Part shown: piece after piece, positions 19,231-29,725 of the stretch
Layout of the letters: the number at the start of each line of letters is the position of its first letter
How positions within the stretch are numbered: position 1 is the first letter of the stretch
Assembly: GCA_963790255.1 (NCBI GenBank)
Contig: CAWBOA010000004.1
Span: 197,339 to 261,338, forward strand
DNA: 64,000 nucleotides
From: an uncultured Chloroflexia bacterium
Lineage (GTDB): Bacteria > Chloroflexota > Limnocylindria > QHBO01
Reading direction: 5' to 3'
Translations under genes and position numbers: made by a program
The notes under the pieces: model-generated
Seen by the model: the letters and a program-made list of their open reading frames with translations, nothing else
Told to the model about the DNA's origin: nothing
Databases searched by the model: none

Positions 19231-21677
19231 TCGCCCACCACCCGCGCTCCGACGAGTACACCGCCCTCAGCGATCGGATGGGCTACCTGATGGTGCTGCG
19301 CGTAGCGATGGGCGCCGTCGCGATCGCATGGGCCGCGCTGCGACCGGAGTCGCTCGGCACGTCGCTCGGAATCTTCCTGACGGTCACCGGAGGCTACGTG
19401 GCCTTCGCCGCGGTCGCGGAGCTGGGCCGTCGCCGGGCCGGCCGACATGGCTTCGCGGTCATGAGCGCCCTCCTCATCACCGATGGCCTCTACCTGGCCT
19501 TCGCGATGTACATGACCGGCGCGACGCAAAGCCCGATTCGCTTCCTCATCTACCTCCACCTCGTCGCGGTCTCCCTGCTCGCGTCGTATCGGACCGGCCT
19601 GAAGATCGCGCTCTGGCACTCGCTCCTCCTGTTCGTGGTCCTCTATGCCCAGGCCGCGACCCTGCTGCCGCCGGTCGACGTCCTCCCCGGACGAGGGATC
19701 GACTTCGACCGCATGCCCGTCCTCAACGTGACGTCGTTCTGGCTCTTCGCGCTGGCGACCTCGGTCTTCTCGGCCATGAACGAGCGGGAGCTTCGACAGC
19801 GCCGGGCGGACCTCCAGGCGCTCGTCGACGTGGGCGCCAAGCTCGACGACGTCGCCGACTCCGTCCTCCAGGCCCGCGTCGTGCTCGACGGGCTGGCCGA
19901 CCGCTTCGGCTTCGAGCGCGGCCTCGTCATCGGCGCGGCCGAGGGCAATCTCGTCGTGCTCGCCTCCCGGGGCGCCGTGGAGTGGTCGGGCGCCGTCCAG
20001 GCGGACGCGGTCATCCGTCGGGCGTGGGAGCGCCGCGAGGTGCTCCCCGTGCGCAAGGTGAGCGCGGAGGCCAATCCGCTGCTCAGCGCGACCCTTCCGG
20101 ACGCTCGCAACCTTCTCATCTCGCCGATGTTCGCCGACGGACGACCGGTGGGCGCGATCGTGGTCGAGCATCGGTCCCGAACGGTCTTCGGGATCGAGCG
20201 TCGAATCGCATCGGTCCTCGGGCAGTTTTCCGCGGTCGCCGCGCTCAACCTGCGCAATGCCGTCCTCCTGCGACACGTGCAGGACCTGGCGGAGCGCGAC
20301 TCGCTGACCGGCGCCGCCAACCGGCGGATGTTCCAGCTCACGCTGGAGCGCACGCTCGAGACCCGCGAGGCGGTGCCGGGTGGCCGGATGACGACCGTCC
20401 TCTTCATCGACCTCGACGACTTCAAGGTCATCAACGACTCGCTCGGGCACGCGGCGGGCGACTCGCTCCTCATCGCCGTGACGGATCGGATCAGCGGCTT
20501 GGTGCGGCAGGGCGACCTCGTCGCGCGGCTGGGGGGCGACGAGTTCGCCATCCTGACCGATGACGAGCCCGACCTCCACAGCTCGCGGGCCATGGCCGAG
20601 CGCCTGGTGCGTGACCTTCGCGTCCCGTACGTCATCGGCGAGCACACCATCACCGTCACCGCCAGCATCGGCATTGCCGGTGCCGTCGACGCCGGGCGCG
20701 ACGCGCTCGAGCTGGTGCGCAACGCGGACGTGGCGATGTACATGGCCAAGGCCAACGGCAAGGCCGGCTTCGCCGTCTTCGACCCCGGCATGCACGCGTC
20801 CATCCGCGCTCGGCACGAGCTCGGCGCCGAGCTGCAGCACGCGGTCGACCTCGGCCAGCTGCGCCTCGTCTACCAGCCGATCGTGTCGCTCGAGTCCGGG
20901 CGGATCGCGGGCCTGGAGGCGCTCGTGCGCTGGCAGCACCCCGACCGCGGGCTCGTGGCCCCCGGCGAGTTCATCGAGATCGCCGAGGAGAACGGCTCGA
21001 TCCTGCCGATCGGCCGATGGGTCCTGCGCGAGGCCTGCGAGCATGCCGTGGCGTGGCAGAAGGCCGGCGTCATCCCGCCCGGCATCTTCATCTGCGTCAA
21101 CGTCTCGGCCCGCGAGATCCAGCAGCCCGGGTTCGTCGGCGCGGTCGAGGAGTCACTCGCCTGGGCCGGGCTCGAGGCGTCGCGCCTCATCCTCGAGATC
21201 ACCGAGACGGCCCTCATCAAGGCCACCTCGACGACCGTCTCCACGCTGGAGGCCCTGCGAACCCTGGGCGTGCGGGTCGTCATCGACGACTTCGGGACCG
21301 GCTACTTCTCGCTCAGCCACCTGCGCCAGTTCCCGGTCGACGCCCTGAAGATCGCCAGCGAGTTCGTGCAGGTCGCCGAGGGCGACTCCCGGTCCGCCGC
21401 CCTGGCCGGCGCGATCGTGGCCCTCGGCGACTCGCTCGACATCGCGACCGTCGCGGAGGGGATCGAGACGAAGGAGCACGCGGAGCGGATGCGGATTCTC
21501 GGCTGCACCTACGGCCAGGGCTACTACTTCGCCAAGCCGATCACCTCGACCGAGATCGAGGCCGGCGTCGACGGGCTCGCCAACGACCACCGCTGGCAGG
21601 CCGAGAGCAAGCGATCGCAGGCAAAGCGACGGCGCGCCCTTCGCGCCATCCCGGGAGACCAGCCCAGCGCCGCCTGA
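19227..21677 (+). CDS. membrane-bound c-di-GMP turnover protein: multi-TM N-terminus + GAF-like + GGDEF + EAL
   Basis: GTG 19227 overlaps the upstream stop (GTGA). 5-6 hydrophobic helices. GGDEF region [12 protein letters not shown]...[16 protein letters not shown], with I-site RQGD and [12 protein letters not shown] motifs [45 protein letters not shown]. Confidence 0.9.
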
Positions 21678-21692
21678 GACACGGCGCTCCTC

Positions 21693-21724
21693 AGCCCGGC
21701 CGGTGTGCTGCCGCCGGCCGGGCT
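21693..21724 (+). terminator. GC-rich hairpin after the GGDEF/EAL gene (intrinsic-terminator candidate, no U-tract)
   Basis: AGCCCGGCCGG (21693-21703) pairs perfectly with CCGGCCGGGCT (21714-21724) around a 10-nt loop. It lies 16 nt after the stop codon. Confidence 0.45.
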
Positions 21725-21751
21725 CACCCCATCGGCTAGCATCGGTGGCTC

Positions 21752-23188
21752 ATGAGCACCTCCCGCCTGCCGTCGCGGGCCGATGACTTTCCGGCCTGGT
21801 ACGTCGAGGTCGTCAAGCGCGCCGAGCTCGCCGAGCACGGGCCGGCGAAGGGCTCGATGATCATCAAGCCCCACGGCTACGCCATCTGGGAGCACATCCA
21901 GCGGGCGCTCGACGACCGGTTCAAGGCAACCGGCCACGAGAACGTGTACTTCCCGCTCCTCATCCCGATGAGCCTGCTCGAGCGCGAGGCCGACCACGTC
22001 GCGGGCTTCGCCCCGCAGGTGGCGGTGGTGACGCACGGCGGCGGCGAGCTGCTCGAGGAGCCGCTCGCGATCCGGCCGACGTCGGAGGCGCTCGTCTGGA
22101 ACACGTACAGCCGCTGGGTCCAGAGCTATCGGGACCTCCCGCTGCTCTACAACCAGTGGAACAACGTCCTGCGCTGGGAGATGCGCACCCGCCTCTTCCT
22201 CCGCACCTCCGAGTTCCTGTGGCAGGAGGGCCACACCGCGCACGCGACCGCGGCGGAGGCGACGGCCGAGGCGCTCCGGATGCTCGAGGTCTACCGCGAG
22301 GTGGCGGAAGACGTGCTCGCGATCCCGGTGCACGCGGGACGTAAGTCGGCGGCGGAGCGCTTTCCCGGCGCCGACGAGACGTACTGCATCGAGGGTTTGA
22401 TGCGGGACGCCAAGGCCCTCCAGTGCGGGACGGCGCACTTCCTCGGCCAGAACTTCGGACGGGCGTACGACGTCACCTTCCTCACTGCAGCCGGCCAGCG
22501 CGAGCACGCCTGGGGCACGTCATGGGGATTCTCGACGCGAATGGTCGGCGCGACGATCATGGCGCACGGCGACGACGCCGGCCTCCGGCTCCCGCCGGCC
22601 GTGGCGCCGATCCAGGTCGCCATCGTCCCGATCTTCCGGACCGATGAGGAGCGCGCCGCCGTCCTCGGCGTGGCGGCCAAGCTCCACGACGACCTGGCCG
22701 CGGCCGGCGTCCGCGTGCGGCTCGACGACCGCGACCAGCATCGGCCCGGCTACAAGTTCGCCGAGTGGGAGCTGAAGGGCGTGCCCATCCGGATCGAGCT
22801 CGGTCCGCGCGACGTGGCGTCCGGGAACGCCGTGCTCGCCTCACGGTTGGGGGGCGAGAAGGAGGAGATCGCGATCGGCGACGTGGTTGGTGGGATGGAT
22901 GGCCGTCTGTCATCGATCCAGTCAGCGCTCTTCGCGGATGCGCTTGACTTCCGCGAGGCGAACACCCACGAGATCACCTCGTTCGACGCGTTCGCGGCCG
23001 GCGTGGAGGAGCGTGGCGGCTTCTGGGTCGGCGCGTGGTGCGGCGACGGGGCATGCGAGGCCGAGGTCAACGCCAGGACCAAGGCGACGATCCGGTTCCT
23101 GCCGGTCGAGCCGACCGACCCGGGCGGGGCCTGCGTCCACTGCGGCAAGCCCGGCGCGGACGTCGCCACCTGGGCTCGAGCGTACTGA
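21752..23188 (+). CDS. proS: proline--tRNA ligase (archaeal/eukaryote-like short form)
   Basis: 478 aa. Matching segments: DFPAWYVEVVKRAELAEHGPAKGSMIIKPHGYAIWE, FPLLIP, AIRPTSE, LRTSEFLWQEGHTAH, and the C-terminal Zn-type CVHCGKPG...WARAY. TAGCAT lies 9 nt upstream of the ATG. Confidence 0.9.
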   Translation: MSTSRLPSRADDFPAWYVEVVKRAELAEHGPAKGSMIIKPHGYAIWEHIQRALDDRFKATGHENVYFPLLIPMSLLEREADHVAGFAPQVAVVTHGGGELLEEPLAIRPTSEALVWNTYSRWVQSYRDLPLLYNQWNNVLRWEMRTRLFLRTSEFLWQEGHTAHATAAEATAEALRMLEVYREVAEDVLAIPVHAGRKSAAERFPGADETYCIEGLMRDAKALQCGTAHFLGQNFGRAYDVTFLTAAGQREHAWGTSWGFSTRMVGATIMAHGDDAGLRLPPAVAPIQVAIVPIFRTDEERAAVLGVAAKLHDDLAAAGVRVRLDDRDQHRPGYKFAEWELKGVPIRIELGPRDVASGNAVLASRLGGEKEEIAIGDVVGGMDGRLSSIQSALFADALDFREANTHEITSFDAFAAGVEERGGFWVGAWCGDGACEAEVNARTKATIRFLPVEPTDPGGACVHCGKPGADVATWARAY

Positions 23189-23190
23189 CG

Positions 23191-23607
23191 TTGCGGGCGC
23201 TGCGCATGCCGGCCGCCGGCGCGCTGGTCGCGGTCATCGCCAGCGCCTGCGGCTCGCTCGCGCTTGCCGAGCCTGACTGGTTCACGCAGCGCCTCCCGTT
23301 GCCCGCGTGCGGCCAGGACGACGAGGCCGATGGGCCTGATCTGGATGCCCAGCGCTGCCTGCTCCGGGCGTATGACGCCGGGGAGGGCGCGGAGCTCGTC
23401 ACGACCGCCACCGCGCCGACCGGCCGCGGGCTGGTCCAATACCTTCGGGTCCACGAGAACGGCACGGTCGAGATCTTCATCCAGCACGTCGGCACGCCGT
23501 CCTGGGACCGGCTGCGCTGTGAGCGCCTCGTGCCGACCCCCGACGGCGACCCGGCGCCGGCCGGCCTCTTCACCGCCCAGGACTGCGCATCGCTGCCGCT
23601 GCCGTAG
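23191..23607 (+). CDS. putative lipoprotein, function unknown
   Basis: A TTG 23191 start (or ATG 23206) gives the signal (M)RALRMPAAGALVAVIASAC with a lipobox-like IASAC. The upstream part of ORF 23035.. overlaps proS out of frame. Confidence 0.5.
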   Translation: MRALRMPAAGALVAVIASACGSLALAEPDWFTQRLPLPACGQDDEADGPDLDAQRCLLRAYDAGEGAELVTTATAPTGRGLVQYLRVHENGTVEIFIQHVGTPSWDRLRCERLVPTPDGDPAPAGLFTAQDCASLPLP

Positions 23608-23621
23608 GCGGCCCGCGTCGC

Positions 23622-23627
23622 TAGGAT
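23622..23627 (+). promoter_or_regulatory. -10 box TAGGAT, 6 nt upstream of ATG 23634 (leaderless)
   Basis: The sequence reads cgcTAGGATcgggacATG, with no SD. Confidence 0.4.
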
Positions 23628-23633
23628 CGGGAC

Positions 23634-24605
23634 ATGACGACCGCATCGGCGCCGCACATCGTCTCGATCGACGAGATTCGCGAGGCGGCCGAACGCATTC
23701 GCGGGGTGGCCACGCGCACGCCACTGCTTCGCTGGGACGACACGACCTGGCTCAAGCCGGAGTCCCTCCAGCCGGTCGGCGCATTCAAGATGCGCGGCGC
23801 GTACAACAAGCTGGCCTCGCTGACCGATGCCGAGCGAGCTCGCGGCGTGGTCACATACTCGTCCGGCAACCATGCGCAGGCGGTGGCACGGGCGGCGCGG
23901 CTGCTCGGCGCGCACGCGGTGATCTGCATGCCGCGTGACGCCCCGAGGATCAAGATCGAGGGCGTCCAGAGCGATGGCGCCGAGATCCAGTTCACCGGCA
24001 TGGACTCCGAGGAGCGGCACGTGCTCGCGCTGCGCCTCGTCGAGGAGCGCGGGCTGGTCATGGTCGAGCCCTACGACGATCCGGCGATCATCGCCGGCCA
24101 GGGCACCTGCGGACTCGAGATCGTCGAGGACCTGCCGGGAGTGACGAGCGTGCTCGTGCCGGTCTCGGGTGGCGGGCTGTCGGCCGGCGTCGCCACTGCG
24201 GTCAAGGCGATCGCCCCGTCGGCGCGCGTGATCGGCGCCGAGCCGGAGCTGGCGGCGGACGCGAAGGAGTCGCTCGAGACCGGCCAGCTGGTGACCTGGA
24301 CCGCCGAGCAGACCGGCCGCACGATGGCCGATGGCCTGCGCACGAATTCGCTCGGCCCGCTCCCCTTCGAGCACCTCCGGCGCTTCATGGACGAGATCGT
24401 CACCGTGACCGAGGAGGGGATGGCGGAGGCGATGCGTCAGCTCGCCCGGCGCGCACGCCTCGTGGTCGAGCCGTCCGGCGCAGCGGCGATGGGCGCCCAC
24501 CTCGCCGGATCGGCCCCGCGCGCCGACGGCGACGACGCCCGGGTCGTCATCCTGAGCGGCGGGAACGTGGACCCCGAGCTCTACCTCAGCATCCTGGCCG
24601 GCTGA
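23634..24605 (+). CDS. PLP-dependent threonine/serine dehydratase (threonine ammonia-lyase / serine racemase-like, no regulatory domain)
   Basis: PLP-lysine motif ESLQPVGAFKMRGAYNK, then VVTYSSGNHAQAVA and the glycine loop VPVSGGGLSAG. Confidence 0.85.
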   Translation: MTTASAPHIVSIDEIREAAERIRGVATRTPLLRWDDTTWLKPESLQPVGAFKMRGAYNKLASLTDAERARGVVTYSSGNHAQAVARAARLLGAHAVICMPRDAPRIKIEGVQSDGAEIQFTGMDSEERHVLALRLVEERGLVMVEPYDDPAIIAGQGTCGLEIVEDLPGVTSVLVPVSGGGLSAGVATAVKAIAPSARVIGAEPELAADAKESLETGQLVTWTAEQTGRTMADGLRTNSLGPLPFEHLRRFMDEIVTVTEEGMAEAMRQLARRARLVVEPSGAAAMGAHLAGSAPRADGDDARVVILSGGNVDPELYLSILAG

Positions 24606-24607
24606 GC

Positions 24608-25933
24608 TCAGCCGCCGGTGAGGATCTCCACCGCGCGGTCGAGCTGCGGATCGTCGTCGCCGGTCGGGTCCTCCGCGCCAGCCACCTCGACGTCCGGCTG
24701 GACGCCGTCCGGCGCCACCGAGTTGTGCTCGGGCGTGAACCACCGATCCGTGGTCAGGCGCAGGCCGCCCCCGTTCGGCAGGTCGGTCCAGATCTGGACC
24801 GTGTTCTTGCCGAACGTCGCCTCGCCGAGGACGGTCGCGCGCCCGAGCTCCTGGAGCGCCGCCGCCACGATCTCGGAGGCCGATGCGGATCCGCCGTCGA
24901 CGAGGACGACCACCGGGACCTCGTTCTGGAGGATGCCGGTCTCCGAGCGCCACTCCTGGACCTCGTCCTCGTGCTCGACCGTGAAGAGCAGCTCGCCCTC
25001 GGCCGCGAACTGCGAGGCGATGCCCTGCGCGGCGACGATATAGCCACCCGGGTTCCCGCGCAGGTCGAAAACGATGCCCGTCGCACCGTCATCGAGCAGC
25101 GACTGGAGCGCGTCGCGGAAGAGGTCTGTCGCGCGATCGGTGAACGAGGTGAGCCGGATGTAGCCGATGCCATCGTCGAGCGATTCGGAGCGGACCTCCT
25201 GGAGGTTGATGACCGCGCGCGTGACGGTGATGTCCATCTCGTCGGTGCCGCGGCGGATGCTGAGCGTGACATCGGTGCCGGCCTCGCCCCGGACGACGAA
25301 GACGAGCGAGCTGACCGACTCTCCGATCGTCGAGGTGCCGTCGATCGCGAGGATATGGTCGCCCGCTCGAAGCCCGGCCGCCTCGGCCGGCGAGCCATCG
25401 AGCGGCGCGACGATGACCATGGCGCAGGTCGACGAGACGACGGTGCAGGACGCGAGGTCCTCAGGATCGTCGAGGTTCTCCATCCCGACCTCGGCACCGA
25501 TGCCGCTGAACTCGCCGGAGAGGTCGTCGAGGGCGGAGCCGTATTGCTCGGGCGGCAGGTATCCGGAGTACGGGTCCTCGAGCCCGAACTCGATCATCCC
25601 TCGGACAGCCCCGTCGACGAGCTCCTCGTCGGTGACGTCGTCGACGAAGTCGCTCTTGATGCGCGCGTAGGTCTCGCACAGGACGGCGAACGCCTCGGAC
25701 GGCTCGGCGCACGTGATCGTCTCGAGCACCGGCGTCGCGCCGGGCGTACCCGCCTCGGATGGCACGGCCACCGATGGCGGCGCGGAGCTCGACGGCTGGG
25801 CCCCGATCCCATCGTCGCCACCGCCGACGGCCATGCCGGCCACGAAGGTCGCGCCGCCGAAGAGGAGGAGGACCGCGAGCAGGAGCAGCGCGTTGGCGAT
25901 CGGCGGGCGTCGGACGGAAGGCGTGGCAATCAT
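24608..25933 (-). CDS. S41 family C-terminal processing peptidase with PDZ domain
   Basis: N-terminal TM ANALLLLAVLLLFGGATFVAGMAV. PDZ segment GLRAGDHILAIDG. Catalytic region DLRGNPGGY...LVDGGSASASEIVAAALQE...GEATFGKNTVQ. Start taken at MIATPS (25933); ORF-track ATG 25975 overlaps a GAGAAT -10-like box. Confidence 0.85.
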   Translation of the reverse strand: MIATPSVRRPPIANALLLLAVLLLFGGATFVAGMAVGGGDDGIGAQPSSSAPPSVAVPSEAGTPGATPVLETITCAEPSEAFAVLCETYARIKSDFVDDVTDEELVDGAVRGMIEFGLEDPYSGYLPPEQYGSALDDLSGEFSGIGAEVGMENLDDPEDLASCTVVSSTCAMVIVAPLDGSPAEAAGLRAGDHILAIDGTSTIGESVSSLVFVVRGEAGTDVTLSIRRGTDEMDITVTRAVINLQEVRSESLDDGIGYIRLTSFTDRATDLFRDALQSLLDDGATGIVFDLRGNPGGYIVAAQGIASQFAAEGELLFTVEHEDEVQEWRSETGILQNEVPVVVLVDGGSASASEIVAAALQELGRATVLGEATFGKNTVQIWTDLPNGGGLRLTTDRWFTPEHNSVAPDGVQPDVEVAGAEDPTGDDDPQLDRAVEILTGG

Positions 25934-26008
25934 CGGTCTGTCCTGTGATACGGGGGAAGGCACGCGGTTGCGCATTCTCCCGCGAAACGCGGAGAACCGC
26001 TCAGGGCA

Positions 26009-26782
26009 TCACCCGCGGACGGCTCGGATGCCCAGGAAGATCGGGATCTCCGCGTTGGCGCGTGCATCGCCCCGAGAGGCTCGTCCCGGACGTCGGTCCG
26101 GCGGCAGGTCGGGGACCTCGAGCATCGCATCGGTGGCGAAGCCGGCCTCCGCCAGGGCGTTGACGTACGTGCTGATCGGCCGATGGAACGAGCGCGTCGG
26201 CGGGCCGCCGCCGAGCGACTTCATCGGCACCGCCATCTCGCCGAGGTACGCGTCGACGCGCCGATAGGTGAGCTTGCGCCCCTCATCGACGCCCCAGCCC
26301 GAGTGGCGGGGCTGCCGGAAGGCCGGATGCGTCATCAGGAGGACGACCCTCGAGGCGGGTTTCAGCGCCCAGTCCACGCCGCGGACGACATCCTCGAGCG
26401 GGTCCATGTCCTGGATCGAGAGCAGGAAGGCGGCAGCGTCGAACGACCCCTCATCGAGGCCGGCCAGCGCCGGCAGGCGCCGCGCGTCGCCGACGAGGAA
26501 CCGCGTGTCGCGCAGCCCACCGTGTCGGCGCTTCGCCGCGGCGACGAGCTTCGGTGAGGCGTCGACGACCGTCGTCCGGGCGCCGGCCTTCGCAAGTGTG
26601 GGCGCGAGCACGCCCTGCCCGCCCCCGACGTCGAGGATCGCCTCGCGGCGCCGTGGCTGGAGCAGGTCCATGACGGCCGGGATCGCCAGCTCGCGGTGGT
26701 AGGCCGAGCCATGCTCGCCGACCCAGCCGTCGTACCAGGTCGCGACCTGGTCCCAGCTCGTTTCGTCGCGCGGCCCGCTCAC
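26009..26782 (-). CDS. class I SAM-dependent methyltransferase
   Basis: Motif I ILDVGGGQGVLA, then VVDASPKLV and the typical downstream acidic motifs. 4-nt overlap with the upstream LLM gene. Confidence 0.8.
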   Translation of the reverse strand: MSGPRDETSWDQVATWYDGWVGEHGSAYHRELAIPAVMDLLQPRRREAILDVGGGQGVLAPTLAKAGARTTVVDASPKLVAAAKRRHGGLRDTRFLVGDARRLPALAGLDEGSFDAAAFLLSIQDMDPLEDVVRGVDWALKPASRVVLLMTHPAFRQPRHSGWGVDEGRKLTYRRVDAYLGEMAVPMKSLGGGPPTRSFHRPISTYVNALAEAGFATDAMLEVPDLPPDRRPGRASRGDARANAEIPIFLGIRAVRG

Positions 26783-27801
26783 CGCCAGCCCAGCTCAGGT
26801 GCCACGTACCGCAGGATGCTTTCGATGGCGTGGGCGTTGTAGTCGACGCCGAGCTGGTTCGGAACGGTGAGCAGCAACGTGTCGGCCGCCGCGATGGCAG
26901 TGTCCCCGGCCAGCTCCCGGACCAGGACCTCGGGCTCGGCGGCGTATGACCTGCCGAAGATCGCCCGCGTCTGCTCGTCGATATAGCCGATCTGATCCTG
27001 CTCCTGCCGGCCCCGACCGAAGTAGGTCCGATCACGGTCGTCGACAATCGCGAAGATGCTGCGACTCACCGAAACTCGCGGCTCGCGGGCATGGCCGGCC
27101 AGCCGCCAGGCCTCTCGATACGCATCGATCTGCTTGCGCTGCTGGACGTGAAGCGGCTCGCCGGTCTCATCGAACACCAGGGTCGAGCTCATGAGGTTCA
27201 GTCCGAGCTCGGCCGTCCAGACGGCGGTCGCGGTGGCGGCGGCGCCCCACCAGATCCGATCGCGCAAGCCTTCTGAGTACGGCTCGAGTCGGAGCAGGCC
27301 GGGCGGGTTGGGGAACATCGGCCGCGGGTTGGGCTCCGCGAATCCCTCTCCCTTCAAAAGCTCGAGGAATTCCTCCGCGCGCCGGCGGGCCATGTCGGCA
27401 TCGGTCTCATCCGCGCCCGGCGCGTAGCCGAAGTGCCGATAGCCCTCGATGACCTGCTCCGGCGACCCCCGGCTGATCCCGAGCTGGAGCCGGCCTCCGG
27501 AGATCACATCCGCGGCTCCGGCATCCTCGGCCATGTAGAACGGATTCTCGTAGCGCATGTCGATGACGCCCGTCCCGATCTCGATGCGGCTCGTTCGGGC
27601 ACCAATGGCGGCAAGCAGCGGGAAGGGCGATGCGAGCTGACGGGCGAAGTGGTGGACGCGGTAGTAGGCGCCATCCGCGCCGAGCTCCTCGGCGGCGACG
27701 GCGAGCTCGATCGACTGCAGCAGCGCATCCGAGGCTGAGCGGACCTGCGAGTACGGCGAGTCCGACCAATGACCGAAGGAGAGGAAGCCGATGCGCTTCA
27801 C
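26779..27801 (-). CDS. LLM-class (luciferase-like) flavin/F420-dependent oxidoreductase
   Basis: GTG start at 27801. Matching segments: GFLSFGHW...ELGADGAYYRVHHF...RIEIGTGVIDMRYENP...GRLQLGISRG. A TAGAAT -10 box on the minus strand (plus coordinates 27840-27845) lies upstream. Confidence 0.8.
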   Translation of the reverse strand: MKRIGFLSFGHWSDSPYSQVRSASDALLQSIELAVAAEELGADGAYYRVHHFARQLASPFPLLAAIGARTSRIEIGTGVIDMRYENPFYMAEDAGAADVISGGRLQLGISRGSPEQVIEGYRHFGYAPGADETDADMARRRAEEFLELLKGEGFAEPNPRPMFPNPPGLLRLEPYSEGLRDRIWWGAAATATAVWTAELGLNLMSSTLVFDETGEPLHVQQRKQIDAYREAWRLAGHAREPRVSVSRSIFAIVDDRDRTYFGRGRQEQDQIGYIDEQTRAIFGRSYAAEPEVLVRELAGDTAIAAADTLLLTVPNQLGVDYNAHAIESILRYVAPELGWR

Positions 27802-27878
27802 GAGTCACGGTTCTCCGCGGGCGCTGGGGATGGCCCAGCATTCTACCGACGTGCCCGGGTGGGTCGACGGCGGGCGGC

Positions 27879-28583
27879 CTACGGGCAGACGATGTCCGGG
27901 CAGACCGTCGCGTCCCGAGGTGGCACCGACGACCCGTCCAGCAGGTCGCGGTCACCGAGCGGCTCTGCGAGCTCGAGCAGGAACGGCGTCTCGGGATTGC
28001 TCGGGCACTCCTGCCCGCCGAGGCGCGGACGCACGGCGATGACCACCGTTACGGCATCGTCGTCCTCGTCGATGGACGCCACGACGATGCGGCCCCGAGC
28101 ATCCTCGCCCGAGTTGCAGGCCCGCTCGGTGACGAGCACCGAGATCGCCGTCGCCGTCGGGTCCAGCTCGACGTCAGGCGCAACCCTGAACGACGCGATC
28201 CCCAGGCCCGGTCCGACGTCGGGCTGGAGCGGGCATCCTCCCCAGCCATCGACATCCCACCCGTCTCCATCCCGTCCCACGGACGCGTAGTGCCAGCTTC
28301 CCTCCGCGCCCGGCACCGGGGCGAGGTACACGACGTCATCGCCAGAGCGGGAGACTTCGATCCAGCCCGCATCGGGGAGAGAGTCGATCTCGATGTTGCT
28401 CGTGGCGAGATGTTCGCGCAGTGCCGTCGACGCCGGGTCGGTCCCGTTCTCTGCCCCACCGGGACCCTCCAGGACGTCGGCGGAAAACGACGCACCGCCG
28501 CACGTCAGGCCGCCGCCCAGCCCCAGGGCGCCACAGGCAGACAGGCCGATCGCGATCGCGAGAAGGAGGCCGCTCGAGCGCAT
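27879..28583 (-). CDS. putative lipoprotein, function unknown
   Basis: Start trimmed to MRSSGLLLAIAIGLSACG (CAT 28581-28583; lipobox LSAC). The upstream 99 aa of ORF 27879..28880 overlap the deacetylase gene out of frame. Confidence 0.6.
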   Translation of the reverse strand: MRSSGLLLAIAIGLSACGALGLGGGLTCGGASFSADVLEGPGGAENGTDPASTALREHLATSNIEIDSLPDAGWIEVSRSGDDVVYLAPVPGAEGSWHYASVGRDGDGWDVDGWGGCPLQPDVGPGLGIASFRVAPDVELDPTATAISVLVTERACNSGEDARGRIVVASIDEDDDAVTVVIAVRPRLGGQECPSNPETPFLLELAEPLGDRDLLDGSSVPPRDATVCPDIVCP

Positions 28584-28587
28584 GTCC

Positions 28588-29667
28588 TCAGGACGCCGAC
28601 CCGCCGCCATTGGTGCCGCCGAGGGCGCCGAGGAAGACGACGGCGTTGGCGCCAAGGGCATCGATCGCGTAGCCGCCCTCCTGGAGCGCGACCACCGGCA
28701 TCCCGAGCGTCGCGATGGCCGAACCGATGCGCGCGTAGTCCTCGGTCCGGATCGCGAGGTTGCAGATCGGGTCGGCGTGGTAGGTGTCGAAGCCGAGCGA
28801 GATGACGAGGGGCGCATCGGCCTCGAAGGCGCGGATGGCCGCGAGCGCCTCATCGAGGGCTCCGAGGTAGGCGTCGCCATCGGTCCCGGGCGGCAGCGGC
28901 AGGTTCAGGGTCGTCCCCTCGCCGACTCCCGAGCCGCGTTCAGTGGGATAGCCGGAGTAGTAGGGATAGATGCCGCGGGGGTCGCCGTGGAGGCTGACGT
29001 AGAGGACCTCGCCGCGCTCCCAGAAGATCTGCTGCGTCCCGTTGCCGTGGTGGAAGTCGACGTCGAGGATCGCCACCCGCTGCGCGCCGCGCGCCAGGAC
29101 CGCCTCGGCCACGATGGCCGCGTTGTTGAAGAAGCAGTAGCCGCCGATGAGGTTGCGTCCGGCGTGGTGGCCCGGCGGGCGGCAGAGGCCGTAGGCGAGC
29201 GGCTCGCCGGCGAGGACACGATCGAGCGCGGTCAGAGCGATGTCGACGGCGGCGCGCGCCGCGTCGTACGTCCCGGCCACGATCGGTGTGGCGGTGTCGA
29301 AGCAGTACGCGCCGAGCCGATCCCGTCGCGAGGCGGGCAGCTGGTCCAGCTCCATCCGTCCGGCGTACTCGCGCAGGAGGAAGGTGTCGGGCAGGAGCGG
29401 CCGGCTCGGATCGTGGCCGGCGGCGAGCGCATCGGTCCAGGCGTGCTCGACGAGGTCGATCAGCTCGACCTCGTGCACGGCCGAGATCGGGTCCGGGCCG
29501 TGCTCGTCCGGGGCCTCGAGGGCGTAGTCGCCGGTGGCCAGCAGGGCCTCGCGGATGACCGTCGCGCGCTCGGGCAGCTCGAAGCACGGAACGGGGCGGC
29601 CACCCACGAGCTCGATGAGGCCGTTGTGGGCGAGGTGGTGGTCGGAGGCGATCAACGGCGTCGGCAT
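28588..29667 (-). CDS. histone deacetylase-family amidohydrolase (AcuC / acetylpolyamine deacetylase-like)
   Basis: Active-site pattern CRPPGHHA...GYCFFNNAAI...VAILDVDFHHGNGTQ...YVSLHG...GFDTY. Start taken at MPTPLIASD (29667); the ORF-track start is 29709. Confidence 0.85.
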   Translation of the reverse strand: MPTPLIASDHHLAHNGLIELVGGRPVPCFELPERATVIREALLATGDYALEAPDEHGPDPISAVHEVELIDLVEHAWTDALAAGHDPSRPLLPDTFLLREYAGRMELDQLPASRRDRLGAYCFDTATPIVAGTYDAARAAVDIALTALDRVLAGEPLAYGLCRPPGHHAGRNLIGGYCFFNNAAIVAEAVLARGAQRVAILDVDFHHGNGTQQIFWERGEVLYVSLHGDPRGIYPYYSGYPTERGSGVGEGTTLNLPLPPGTDGDAYLGALDEALAAIRAFEADAPLVISLGFDTYHADPICNLAIRTEDYARIGSAIATLGMPVVALQEGGYAIDALGANAVVFLGALGGTNGGGSAS

Positions 29668-29725
29668 CGGGCTGCGAACGATAGCGCGGCCGTGAACGCG
29701 AAGTGCCACCCGGGCCGTATCCTCC

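Noticed and set aside
24599-24614. 16-bp perfect palindrome CGGCTGAGCTCAGCCG formed by two convergent stop codons. A similar CTAG overlap of convergent stops occurs at 10585-10588.
   Set aside because: It would form only a 6-bp stem with a 4-nt loop. It is more simply explained as a coincidence of TGA/TCA stops in a compact genome, and is not convincing as a bidirectional terminator.
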